A stretch of 64,000 nt of DNA from Aliikangiella sp. (GTDB lineage: Bacteria; Pseudomonadota; Gammaproteobacteria; Enterobacterales; Kangiellaceae): NCBI GenBank assembly GCA_965214955.1, contig CBDCCU010000014.1, forward strand, positions 16,631 through 80,630, written 5' to 3'. A program made the position numbers and the translations under genes. The first letter of the stretch is position 1. Each line of letters opens with the position of its first letter. Of the stretch, positions 28,201 through 39,502 are shown in pieces. The notes under the pieces are model-generated. The model saw only the letters and a list, made by a program, of their open reading frames with translations. It was not told where the DNA came from and ran no database searches.

Positions 28201-31200
28201 TTATGCAGCTTTCTTTAATTGTCTGCGTCTTACTAAACCAGCCATTGCAAACAATGCGAGCAATGAAGCCCCAAGTGAACCACCACTTTTAGGTACATCA
28301 GTAATAGTTACCGAAGCAACAACTTTATTACCTAAATTAGCGCCACCAACAGGATTTGAAATTACAACAGAGAATGTTTTATGTAAGTCCAAATCGCCAG
28401 TAGGAATAGTGATAGTTTTAGGTGCTGTATCAAAGTCAGCCCAAGTTAAAGTGCCTGAAGTTGCTGTATAATCAGTACCTGCAATTGCGCTACCATCTAC
28501 AGTGGTAAAATCAACACTCACACCATAATCAGAACCATTGGTTCTTTCAACGGTAAGTACTGCATTTTGCTTTTCATCAACATCAATATGAGTCACAGTA
28601 AAGTCTAATTGACCATATTGTGGCGCTTCTACAGTTAATGTTAATGGTAGATTATTTGATGGATATGGAGTATCACTTAATATAACCAGTGAAGCTTCAT
28701 TTACTCCAACTGGAGCGTTGGCATCAAAAGTAACATCAACTGTTAGAGAGCCGTCGGCCTCTAATGAGTTTGCACTTATTGTTGCTGAAGCCCAGCTTGG
28801 TTTCCAGTCACAAACACCTGTTTCGCCACTATCGATTCCAAAAATAAACTCGAAGTTCATTTCGTTCATCCATAATGTACCATCACAAGATAAATCTAAA
28901 CCTGCTTGACCATTGTCAGTACCAACATCATCAATATCTCCATCCCCATCAATGTCAAATTGAATATCGTAGCCGCCAACTTTGACAAAAGTATCAGAAT
29001 TAGCATCCATAATAACAACATCAAAACTACCATCTGAAGAAGCTGAATTTAAACTAGCAAATAAATGACCAGTTGATGGATTATAGGCTAAGCCAGCGAT
29101 AGGTAAACCAACATTGACAGAGCGTATTAACTCGCCTGATGTAGTGAACTGGTGAACCATACTGTCATTCCATGAACCTGCAAAGAATGTATCAGTAACT
29201 GGATCATAAGCTAATCCTCGTTGAGAAGTACCAAAGTTAGGACAGATAGTGTTACCTGTTTGAACTTTTGTTTCTACATCAAGCTCATAGATACAGTCAT
29301 CTCCACCAACATTAACTTGCCATAGCTTACCAGTACGCTGATTAAAGGCCATATCTGCCGAGAACACACCACCAAAATCAGTATCTATGGTGTCTTCAGT
29401 TGCTGTACCAGTATTGTCGTAGCGACGAGCTACATCTGCATCAGCATCTAGTAACTCTATCTCTCCGTTCCAAATATCACCTGTTTCTTTGTTAATAGCC
29501 ACACCGAAACCACCTTGAGCATCGATTATTCCAACTAGTTCGCCTGGTGCTAATCTTTCGATATAGCTTAGGTCAGGGAAGTAGCGAATTTTCTCAGCGC
29601 TTGTTTCGAAAAGATCTTTAGGTCCCATGTGTCGAGTTGCAGAATCAAATGGGCCATAAGTTAACTCAGAGCTACCATTAATTAATACAACATCAAAGTT
29701 AGCAGCTACGCCACCAGTATTAGATAACTCAAACGAATCAGTTCCTATACGACCTTGAGTAAGGGTTGCAGAAAGTGAGTCAGCAGAAGTTACTAATTGA
29801 CCAGCTTGTAGTTCAACTGGAGTTGCAAGCATTAGTTCAGCTAATTCAACTTCACTAGTTGCGTAATTAAATGCAGAAATGGAGATTTCTTCATCTTGAG
29901 GTACAAAGAAGTAAATAAACCCATCATCTAATGCTTCATCATCAGAAGTAGTGCCAGAAGTAGTCGCCTCTTCTTCGCCCACAGTAACGATTGCATTATT
30001 GACGGCTAAACCAGTATTAGCATCATTTACATAACTTGCTACAAAGTTACCTGTAATTGGTAGACAGCCAGATTCGCCAATTGTTATATCATCAACTAGC
30101 GCATACCACTCAAAATTAGCATCATAATATCTCCAACGTAACTGAAAGCTAGTTGCGCCATCGATAAATGTGCTGAGATCAATTTCATAAGATCGAATAC
30201 CTGTTGGTAAACCTTGAACATTTGTCCATGCTCCACCATCAACACTAATATCAACATCAACAGCGTCTGCGCCTGTAAATGTTCGGTAGTTAGCAGTAAA
30301 CCTTAAAATATTTGAACTAATATCAGTAACATCAATAATAGGAGTAACAAGTGAAGTGTCTACATCAACAGTTCCAGCATCGTCACTATCTGCTAAAGCA
30401 GCATCGCCTTCACTACCAACTAAGTTGCCTCTGCCTGCTAATGCACTTTGCCATACTGCGTCATTACCAGCATCATCAGTTACTGTCCAGCCTTCAGGAG
30501 GAAATACGCCGCTTTCAAAACGTTGAACAAATGAAGGTTCAATAAATTGAAACCCTGGTGCTATACATGAACTATCTACATCCAAGGTAAAATCTAATGC
30601 CATAGGAGCTGTAGCATCGGCCAATGGAAGCACATCTTGATTAGTCATTTGATAGCCAGATACACCTTCCGCTCTCACAGTTACATTGATAGTGGTTCCT
30701 TCAAAAACAGGCAATTCATACTCACCTGTCTCAGGATTAGAGTAGGTAACAATAGTATCGCCAGGCACTGATGCTGAGATCTTAGCGTAAAGTGGATGCT
30801 CACTACCTGTAGCTTCTTTTACTGTACCAACTAGCTCAACCCGTTCTGCTGCTGTTAGTGCGAAGTCATTAGTAAGTTCATCATCTTCATCTACGGTAAC
30901 ATCTGCTTGAGTTGCTTCTACCCAACCATAACGGAATACAGACAGATCATAATCACCCACAGGAAGAACCATAGTGTATTCACCATCTGCATTTGTAACG
31001 GTAGAAATATTACCTGCACTCACGGTGGCTCTTGAAATGCTTTCCCCAGTTACTGCGTCAGTTACAGTACCTGAAATTTCACCAGTTGGTCCCATAGTAC
31101 ACGAAGGAATTTTAAAGCTAGAAATACGAGTTGACCAAGTTAATGTATCGTTATTTTCTGCTTTATAGTATTCATTGGTATACCAGAAAGTACAATCATC

Positions 31201-32739
31201 AACAGGATCAATACTCATGCTTGCATAATCCGCCCAACGACCTCGATTTACAGCGCCTTGAGAACCAGTACCCTCTACTAGAACAAATTCATCAGTCATT
31301 TCACCCGCAGGATCAGTTGCTAGGCGAGTAGCAGCATGAATTGATGGAAAAATTTCATCACTAGAAACAGTATAACCTATAGCAATATTGCCTTGAGCAT
31401 CCATTGCACCACTAACCATCCAGCGTGCTGTAGAGGACGGTGCAAGATCTGAGTCAGGAGAGAATGTTCCTTCTTGAGCTAAGGTAACGGCATTATTGTC
31501 ATCGTGATCAACATTAAATTGATACCAGCGAGCTACAGGTTGTCCAGAAGGGCCTTCAATATTATGAGTAAATAATATTTTACCTTGCCCATCTATATTA
31601 CGATAAGATGTTCTGAACATTGAGCGAAGGCCAAGTGCATCAAGCTCTTCTCCGTTGGGCTGAGTTGCATTATCTGGTGCTGAATAGGGAGAAACATCTA
31701 CAGTTTCAACTTCTCTAAATTCCGCATTCTCAGGATTGCTCCAGTCTATATCCATTTCCCAAACATGTATGCGATCAGAACTACTTGAGTCTGCCCATAA
31801 GAAGTATTGATTCATATCAGCAGGAGGTTGAGCAATACCATCAACATCCAAAGGCATTGGAGTAAACACTGTTGGTGAAAAGCCTTCACCACTAATGATG
31901 ATTTGTTGAGCTTCAGCGCCCGAGAGCATTTTGTCTCGTTCATAAGCAACCATACCACCGCCAGCAAAAGAGTCACCAAATTGGTTTACACCCATGTAAT
32001 AAGCATCACCAAATATGCCAAAGTGTGGATAGTCATTAAAAAGTTCGCCATATTCAAATGCATACAGGTAGTAAGCCCCAGTAGGATCACCTGTTTGAGA
32101 AACGGCAATACACTGATGATGTGCTCCTGTTTGAATAGCAAACTGACTAATCATCCAGCGATCTGCTCTGCGATCATAGAGAACGATTGGATCACCGCTA
32201 TTGCTTGTTTCACAAATACCACCAAATCCATCCCATAAACTATTAATGTCAATAGGCTCAACTAATTGAGTACCATCTTTGTCCCAGATAGCAAGTGAAA
32301 CATTTACCGTTTGAACATAATGATTTGGACCTACGCTACCATTAGTATCTGGTGGCACAAATCCTTGAGGGTTGGTCATTCCATCAATATTCAGCCCAAA
32401 CTCAGGTACATTGGTTAAGTTACGGCGTTTTTTAAATGTCTTTTGTAAAACAGGATCAGAATATTTTTGCTTTTCTTGTGATTTTTTTGCAAATGGGAAG
32501 CGATTTGGAATGATTTTAACTAAATCTTCGCCTGGTACAGGCTCACCGCTTTGTTTTAATTTGATTTTTCTTTGAGGAGTGATCTCCTGCAAGGGTTTTA
32601 AATCTCTTAACGCCTTTGAAATTTTAACCTTAGAAGAAGTTGAAACTTTTTTCTTAACTAAGGGGGTACTCGAAGCGTTAACGCTATGGGCGCTAAGACC
32701 CAGCGATGCAATCAATGCAGTCACTATTACGTTTTTCAT
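28201..32739 (-). CDS. Large multidomain surface protein with GlyGly-CTERM anchor
   Basis: Signal peptide, PPDTNGSVGPNHYVQ propeller-like domain, carboxypeptidase-regulatory-like repeats, adhesin-like domain, Calx-beta (VDFTTVDGSAIAGTDY), and KSGGSLG-TM-RRR tail. Confidence 0.85.
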   Translation of the reverse strand: MKNVIVTALIASLGLSAHSVNASSTPLVKKKVSTSSKVKISKALRDLKPLQEITPQRKIKLKQSGEPVPGEDLVKIIPNRFPFAKKSQEKQKYSDPVLQKTFKKRRNLTNVPEFGLNIDGMTNPQGFVPPDTNGSVGPNHYVQTVNVSLAIWDKDGTQLVEPIDINSLWDGFGGICETSNSGDPIVLYDRRADRWMISQFAIQTGAHHQCIAVSQTGDPTGAYYLYAFEYGELFNDYPHFGIFGDAYYMGVNQFGDSFAGGGMVAYERDKMLSGAEAQQIIISGEGFSPTVFTPMPLDVDGIAQPPADMNQYFLWADSSSSDRIHVWEMDIDWSNPENAEFREVETVDVSPYSAPDNATQPNGEELDALGLRSMFRTSYRNIDGQGKILFTHNIEGPSGQPVARWYQFNVDHDDNNAVTLAQEGTFSPDSDLAPSSTARWMVSGAMDAQGNIAIGYTVSSDEIFPSIHAATRLATDPAGEMTDEFVLVEGTGSQGAVNRGRWADYASMSIDPVDDCTFWYTNEYYKAENNDTLTWSTRISSFKIPSCTMGPTGEISGTVTDAVTGESISRATVSAGNISTVTNADGEYTMVLPVGDYDLSVFRYGWVEATQADVTVDEDDELTNDFALTAAERVELVGTVKEATGSEHPLYAKISASVPGDTIVTYSNPETGEYELPVFEGTTINVTVRAEGVSGYQMTNQDVLPLADATAPMALDFTLDVDSSCIAPGFQFIEPSFVQRFESGVFPPEGWTVTDDAGNDAVWQSALAGRGNLVGSEGDAALADSDDAGTVDVDTSLVTPIIDVTDISSNILRFTANYRTFTGADAVDVDISVDGGAWTNVQGLPTGIRSYEIDLSTFIDGATSFQLRWRYYDANFEWYALVDDITIGESGCLPITGNFVASYVNDANTGLAVNNAIVTVGEEEATTSGTTSDDEALDDGFIYFFVPQDEEISISAFNYATSEVELAELMLATPVELQAGQLVTSADSLSATLTQGRIGTDSFELSNTGGVAANFDVVLINGSSELTYGPFDSATRHMGPKDLFETSAEKIRYFPDLSYIERLAPGELVGIIDAQGGFGVAINKETGDIWNGEIELLDADADVARRYDNTGTATEDTIDTDFGGVFSADMAFNQRTGKLWQVNVGGDDCIYELDVETKVQTGNTICPNFGTSQRGLAYDPVTDTFFAGSWNDSMVHQFTTSGELIRSVNVGLPIAGLAYNPSTGHLFASLNSASSDGSFDVVIMDANSDTFVKVGGYDIQFDIDGDGDIDDVGTDNGQAGLDLSCDGTLWMNEMNFEFIFGIDSGETGVCDWKPSWASATISANSLEADGSLTVDVTFDANAPVGVNEASLVILSDTPYPSNNLPLTLTVEAPQYGQLDFTVTHIDVDEKQNAVLTVERTNGSDYGVSVDFTTVDGSAIAGTDYTATSGTLTWADFDTAPKTITIPTGDLDLHKTFSVVISNPVGGANLGNKVVASVTITDVPKSGGSLGASLLALFAMAGLVRRRQLKKAA

Positions 32740-33035
32740 TTCTAGCTTTCCTTTTTAAATTTATGGATATAATGAAAGCGCTATAAACCAACAAAGATGA
32801 TTTATTTAAGAAAGACAATTGTTGATCAATAGAGAAGGGGGCTTCCATTTCCATAGTTATTTTTATACTTCCAAATTTACATGAAGTTGTTTTGCGTTTT
32901 ATCCGCTCACATACATTACTATATTGAATTATTATTGAAAAGTAGAAATAGACCATAAATGGCTATTTGGTAATATTACCAATTTGTATTTTTTTGATTA
33001 ACTCTAGAAGTAACCCAAAACTAAGCAGTAAATTG

Positions 33036-33978
33036 CTAAACAGCCCTAGCACCAAACCTATCTATCTGACAAACAGATACAAAACCATTTTCAGTCTGTA
33101 AATAGTTTGCTTTTAAAAAGTCACTTATTTGGGTGGCAATCTCTTTATCATCGGTAACCGAAAAAATTGTTGGCCCCGAGCCTGATATGCCTGTAGCTAG
33201 TGTGCCAATTTTTGCAAGTGATTGTTTAACAGACTTATAATTGGGGTAATAACGATTGCCTATAAGGTTCAGCAACAACATCTTTTAGTAAACTAAAGGC
33301 TTGTTGTTTATCTCTGCGATAACTTGCGTCGATAAATCCTGCTAAATTTTGTCCAAACTCTATTAATGTTTGTCTTGAATAATGATTAGGCAGAACTTCT
33401 CTTGCGGCTTTTGTGCTTATTTCGATATCAGGGTAGGCAATTATCCAATAGCAATCTTCAAAATAAGGAATAGATTGAGTAATTTTATTCGGATCTGCGA
33501 GCATAAGTTGTAAGCCACCTAGATAAAGTGGGGCAACATTATCATAATGTAAACTACCACTAATTTGAGATTCTAGCTCGCCCATTAACAATAACATTTC
33601 GGTTTGATTGAGCGGCTCGTTATAAAAATAGTTGAGTGCAACGGTTGCCGAAACAATAGAGCAAGCACTTGAACCTAAACCGCTACAAACGGGTATGTTT
33701 TTGTCGAGTTCAATTAAAACGGATTTTGGTGCTATTGACTTATTGATTAGTCGTTGATTAAAGGATAATAAAGCCTGCCAAATAATATTGGATTCTTTAT
33801 CGGCTGGTAGCATATGCTTAAAGTTGCCCGACAATTGAAACTCGTTAGTCTTATATTCAGAAACGGTGACGGTATCTCCAAGCTTATCGCCATTAATAGG
33901 AGAAGCACATAGACCTAATGTGTCAAAGCCGACGCTGATGTTGCCAATAGAAATTGGTGTGAATACTGAGATAGACAT
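33036..33978 (-). CDS. thrB: Homoserine kinase, split by a +1 frameshift at the G4 run 33243-33246
   Basis: GNISVGFD, KNIPVCSGLGSSACS, HYDNVAP, GISGSGPT. Removing one base gives YRQSLLPNYKSVK. Confidence 0.88.
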
Positions 33979-34124
33979 ATAAATTATTCAACAGGTTTTT
34001 GAGCGTATTTTAGCGGTTATTTTGATAATTTTCGCCAGTTATTTATACAAATTGAACTGGAATTGTCATTTAAGTTGATTATCTGGCATTATTCTGACAC
34101 CTCACATTTTTAGTAGAAAAAACA

Positions 34125-36929
34125 ATGCGCATAATAATTTTACTCTGTTTAATTGTAAGTACTCATGTTGCGGCTAAAAAGCCTTTAACCGTTGAAGATA
34201 TTATGAAATTTAGGCAAATTGAGCAAACTCAAATTGCTGAAAATGGTGAGTGGCTTGCGCTTACCGCAGAGCCTGATAGAGGCGATTCACAAGGTTTGGT
34301 TTATTCAACCACGGGTAACGCTCAATATTCGGTTGAGTTAGGTATTAAACCTCAAATATCTAAAACAGGTAATTTTGTTCTGTTTAAACAAGACATACCA
34401 ATCATCGATAAAGAAAACAAAAAAGCCAAAGAGCTTAAAAAGCACATTCCTAACTGGGTGCTAGTTAATACTCAAAATGGCGAGAAAACTCAGTTTGATG
34501 GCTACAAAAAGGCTCAACTGTCACCAAAAGGGCAGTGGTTAGGGTTATTAAAGGCTTATAAAAAACCTGATAACAAAGAAAAAGATAAGGAGCAAAAGCC
34601 AGAAGATAAAAAGGACAAAAAGAAGAATAAATTTACCTTAAAAGACAAACAAATCGGTGCAAACTTATCTATTCAATCTTTAAGCAGTGATAAAGAAACG
34701 ACTATTGAAAACGTGCTTAATTTTGAATTTTCGCCAACAGGAAATTATTTGGCCGCCTATCTGGCGACAGAAAAAGGTAAAAGCAACCAAGTTATTTTGC
34801 TGTCACTTATTGAGTCAAAAACAAACGATTTTAAAACAAAAAGATTTTGCAAGTAATACATGGTTAAACTGGCATGAAGATACTGATGTATTAGCATTTA
34901 ACTGGGGCAATTTAAAAGTTGAGAAAAAACAGCGCCAATATGAACTATTTGTTTGGCGCAAGGGTAAAGTTAGAAAAATAAGCTGGAAAAATAATGACTG
35001 GTCGATGAAAAGTCATAATAAAGTTCAATGGTCTAAAAATGCGAAACAACTTTATTTAGGCTTGTTTCCAGAAGAGAAAAAAGGTCAATGGGTTGAAAAT
35101 CAATCAGCTGATGATAAAAAGCAAGAAAAAACGTTAACCGAAATTTTATCAAGTGAGTCTTTAGTGAAAGATCGCGGTTTAACTATTTGGCATGGCAACG
35201 ATCCATACATTAAGCCCCATGAAAAAAAAGCTTTATAAACAATATGAAAAAAGAAACTATTGGTTTAGTTATAACCTTTCGTCTAAAAAAGTAATTCAAC
35301 TGGCGAATAAAACCCAATTTACAATCACACCTAACATCCATAATACTTGGCAGATCCTATTAGATACTTTGCCTTACAGCAAACAAGTTACTTACGATGG
35401 TTTTTATGCTGATCTTTATGTAATTAATAGCAAAACAGGTAAGCGCATTAAAGTTGCCGATAAAATTAGTCAAAGTGCCAGTAAACAAATATCGCCAGAT
35501 GGACGCTGGATAGCTTATTATTTTAACGAAGATCATTATCTTTTTGATATTAAGCGCGAGAAAAAATACAACCTAACTCAAAACCTTAAACTGTCATTTT
35601 CAAACGAATTACATGACTACCCAAGTGATCCACCAGGTTATGGCATAGCCGGCTGGTCAGATGATAGTGATGAAGTTTATATTTACGACCGCTTTGATAT
35701 TTGGCGTTTTAATACTTCAAACCGAAAAGCCAAAAATATCACTCAAGGAGAAGGGCGTAAAAATCAATTGGTTTTAAGACGAGTGCATACTGATCAAAAT
35801 ACGCCGTATATAAATGATGACAGTAACTGGTTAATTAAAGGCTATTATGACAATAAGAAAAATCATGGATTTTTTGATTTAACATTAAGCTCAGGTAAAT
35901 TAAAACCTTTGCTAGTTGATAACAAGGCGTTTAACTTTGTTGCTAAGCCTAAGGCGTCTAATAAATACTTTTTTACCCAGCAAGATTTTCAAGAGTTTCC
36001 TGATATTTGGGTGGCCGATAGAGGTTTTAAAAACAAACAAAAAATCACCAATATTAATCCGCAAATTAATGAATTTGCATGGGGACAAAAGCCAGAACTC
36101 ATTGAATGGACAAGTACAACAGGTAAACCGCTGCAAGGCGTATTAATAAAACCTTATGGCTATAAAGATGGTGATAAAGTGCCTGTGGTGGTTTATTACT
36201 ATCGCTATTTTTCCCAGCGTATGTATTTGTTTAATCGCATGGAAGTGAATCATCGTCCTAATTTTCCTTATTACACTTCTAATGGTTATGCGATATTTTT
36301 GCCTGATATAAAATTTGATATTGGCACACCAGGTCCATCGGCTACTCAAGCCTTAGTGCCAGGGGTGCAAAAATTGATTGATATGGGTATTGCTGATCCT
36401 AATGCCATTGGTTTGCATGGGCATTCATGGAGTGGTTATCAAACCGCTTTTGCGGTTACCCAAACCAATATTTTTAAAGCGGCTGTTACTGGTGCCCCCC
36501 GTTTCTAATATGACAAGTGCCTATAGTGGTATTCGTTTAAGAACAGGGTTGGCTCGTCAATTTCAATACGAAAAAACACAAAGCCGAATTGGTGGAAGCT
36601 TAAATGAAAAACGAGAGCTTTATATCGAAAACTCACCCGTATTTTTTGCTGATCGCATTGAAACACCCATGCTCATTATGTTTGGTGATGTTGATGGAGC
36701 CGTACCATGGGAGCAAGGAATAGAGCTTTATTTAGCCATGCGCCGTGAAGAAAAGGATGTGATTTTTTTGCAATATCATGATGAGCCGCATCATCTAAAA
36801 AAGTATCCTAATAAAGTGGACTACACCATTAGAATGCGAGAATATTTTGACTACCACCTAAAAGGAATGCCAGCTAAAGATTGGATTAAACAAGGTGAAA
36901 AATATAAGCCTAAGCAAAAGAAAAAGTAA
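34125..36929 (+). CDS. S9 prolyl oligopeptidase/acylaminoacyl peptidase, split into four ORFs by three +1 frameshifts
   Basis: Signal peptide, propeller domain, GHSWSGYQ nucleophile motif, GDVDGAVP, EPHH. Frames join after removing one base at about 34817-21, 35222-29 and 36495-500. Confidence 0.88.
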
Positions 36930-36941
36930 TTCTTACTCAAT

Positions 36942-36980
36942 AAAAACGCTCCAAGTTTTATACTGTGGAGCGTTGTCTTT
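36942..36980. terminator. Terminator between convergent genes
   Basis: AACGCTCCA / TGGAGCGTT inverted repeat. Confidence 0.65.
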
Positions 36981-36992
36981 GTAATACCAAAG

Positions 36993-37394
36993 CTAGCTAC
37001 CCGTTATGACAACAACTTTCTCTTCATTGCTTTCAATGCGTGGATTTTCTAAATTATCGGCAATTTCTTGGCGAATGGTAATGCTTGATTTAAGGTGACG
37101 GGCTAACATTTTTGTGGTTTTTTTGGCGCCATACTGGCTTGCGAACAATGCAATATTAGTATTGTTACAAGTTTGATGTTGAGCAACAATTCTTAATTTT
37201 ACCTGAGGTATAGTGCTACTTGCTTCAAGATAATTTAAAGCTCGCAAAAGTCTTATGGGTTTATCGCTTAGTGCGGCAAGGCATATTTTGGTAGCGCTTG
37301 TTTTATCTCCAGCTACAAATTTATAGTTAGTTGCTGAGGCTGAAAAAGAAAAGGCGGTAAATAATATTGCGCAAACTGGTTTTAATGCTCTCAT
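36993..37394 (-). CDS. DUF3718-like exported protein
   Basis: Signal peptide; KICLAA...CNNTNIALFASQYGAKKT pattern. Confidence 0.65.
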   Translation of the reverse strand: MRALKPVCAILFTAFSFSASATNYKFVAGDKTSATKICLAALSDKPIRLLRALNYLEASSTIPQVKLRIVAQHQTCNNTNIALFASQYGAKKTTKMLARHLKSSITIRQEIADNLENPRIESNEEKVVVITGS

Positions 37395-37789
37395 ATTCGA
37401 TCTCCATTTAATCTTTAATTGCTTTTAAAATAATGTATTTAAGATAATCTCAGCGGGCTTAAAAAAAATATTTAAAGTGCGTGGTTCCGCTTTAAAATTA
37501 GGTTAGCAAGAGCGCGCTTAATGTTCATATTGAATTTTTCTTTAAGCTATTTTGTTTATAGAAATACATTTTAATATTGTCGATTTGATTAAAAGGTTAA
37601 TAATTAGCAATGTTTGAGTGTTAAATTGTTAATATTCAATGATATTTAAACAAATAAGTAACAAATAAAAATTTAGTTACTCTAAAGTCATACAATAAAA
37701 CATACCATTGTTGCTTAATCTGGCTGTAGCACTTAGTATGTTCAACCTTTTTTAAATAATATTGATTCAATTTTGTGGTAACTATTGCA

Positions 37790-38818
37790 ATGAGAAATAC
37801 TTTTTTACAATTATTAACTAAGTTCAGCCTGTCGATCTTAATAATATCTTTAGGTTTTACGTTAGTTAAAGCAACTAATGATCAAGCTATTGTTGCTACG
37901 ATTAACGGTGAGTCAATATCATATTCTCAAATACGAGAAAACGATGCGTTAGAAATATTTAAAGCGCGCGAATCACTATATGAGCTTGAATATGCTGGGC
38001 TAAAGTCAATTTTAATTCCTAAACTAATTAAGCTCGATCCACGAAGTAGTAATTTAACTGAAAATCAATTTATATCTCAATTTGTGGTTACCCCACCTAA
38101 TATTACTGAGCAAGATGTTGATCGATTTATTCAAGAAAGACGTATTCCACAAGAAAAAATCAACCAAAATTTAAAGCAACAAGCACAGCGATTCTTAGCT
38201 CAGCAAGTTGTTACTCAACAACTTGATCAGTGGTTTAACGAACAGATCATTAAGCACAAAATTAAAATTAACCTTATTAAACCCACTGAGCCTCGTTTTA
38301 ACGTAAATATCGCAAACTCTGCTTATCGCGGTAACCCAAGTGCCCCTGTAACTATTGTTGAGTTTTCAGATTTTGAATGCCCATTCTGTGCCAGAGCGGG
38401 ATCTACTTTGAAAGAGTTAGAAAAAATTTATGGCAATAAAATCAAACTTGTTTATAAGCATTATCCCTTATCAAGCATTCACCCTGGCGCACAAAAAGCT
38501 GGTGAAGCATCGGAATGTGCTTTAGCCCAAGGTAACTCTTACTTTTGGCAATTACACGATAAAATGTTTGATAATTTCAGAAATTTATCAATTGGTCGGA
38601 TCAAAGATTTTGCCAAAGATGTTGGGCTAAACACAACTGATTTTAACCAGTGTTTAAATGAGGGAAGAATGGAGCAAAAAGTATTGGCTGATTTTAATGA
38701 AGGAACCCAGTTAGGTGTTAGCTCAACACCTGCATTTTTTATTAATGGCCGCTTTGTTAAAGGCGCATTACCTTTAAATGACTTTAAAAAAATCATTGAT
38801 GAAGAGCTAAGCCAGTAA
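37790..38818 (+). CDS. DsbA-family thioredoxin-fold protein with N-terminal SurA-like helical region
   Basis: VTIVEFSDFECPFC (CXXC), YKHYPL, GVSSTPAFFING cis-Pro loop. Start may be GTG at 37775. Confidence 0.88.
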   Translation: MRNTFLQLLTKFSLSILIISLGFTLVKATNDQAIVATINGESISYSQIRENDALEIFKARESLYELEYAGLKSILIPKLIKLDPRSSNLTENQFISQFVVTPPNITEQDVDRFIQERRIPQEKINQNLKQQAQRFLAQQVVTQQLDQWFNEQIIKHKIKINLIKPTEPRFNVNIANSAYRGNPSAPVTIVEFSDFECPFCARAGSTLKELEKIYGNKIKLVYKHYPLSSIHPGAQKAGEASECALAQGNSYFWQLHDKMFDNFRNLSIGRIKDFAKDVGLNTTDFNQCLNEGRMEQKVLADFNEGTQLGVSSTPAFFINGRFVKGALPLNDFKKIIDEELSQ

Positions 38819-38845
38819 TAATCATTACAGCAACCGAAAAATATT

Positions 38846-39109
38846 ATACCCGTTTTCCTTCAAGATGCTTGTTACAGTGTTCAGCCAAAAAGTTTGAACA
38901 AGGCGTAGCTTGCAGGAAATGGCAAGCCCTTTTCAAAAGCTGTAACACAGTGCAAGCTTTTTGGCTGAGCACCCGAAGGGCAAGACAGTAAGCCAACCTC
39001 TTTTTCGTTATCAATGCTTGAATTAGAATGACTAATCCTGCGCACTGATGCCTCAAATAGGATGGCTTGCTGTCTTGCTGAAACATGCATCTTGAAGGAG
39101 AACGGGTAT
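38846..39109. mobile_element. MITE-like structured element (264 bp)
   Basis: 28-bp TIR ATACCCGTT(T/C)TCCTTCAAGATGC(T/A)TGTT, TA-flanked, with two internal long inverted repeats. Confidence 0.8.
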
Positions 39110-39502
39110 ATATCTTCGGTTGCTTTATATAATACTCAACAACTATCAAAAGCATCATTCAGCAAATTGTGATCTCAAATAGAAATAGAGCAGATAGACA
39201 GACAAAAGCCATTATTTGCATGTATTTGCATCTCTTGTGCCAATAGTTTTAATAGTACAAACTTATTGATCTTGGTCAAAAAATCCACAAAACCCTGTTG
39301 GTATGTATCTAGTTTTTTATCATAATTGGTAAAAGCAAAAGATTGTGATTATTCGCAAAAAATTAAAAGCGTATTCACAAGCTTTAGTTTATATCCATTC
39401 TTCTTCAAAAATCATAACAAGCATTTTGAGGAAGAGGGGTTATATTAATTTAAAAATTCTAGTTATTTGAGTAATAGTTACTTAATTAAGGAGTGTTATA
39501 AA

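Noticed and set aside
32693-32956. 87-aa minus-strand ORF
   Set aside because: It overlaps the promoter and start of the surface-protein gene in another frame; no recognisable features.
34687-36929. Four separate peptidase-related genes
   Set aside because: They join into one S9 peptidase after three single-base corrections.
38844-39158. Two minus-strand ORFs (104 and 69 aa)
   Set aside because: They lie within the MITE; no protein features.
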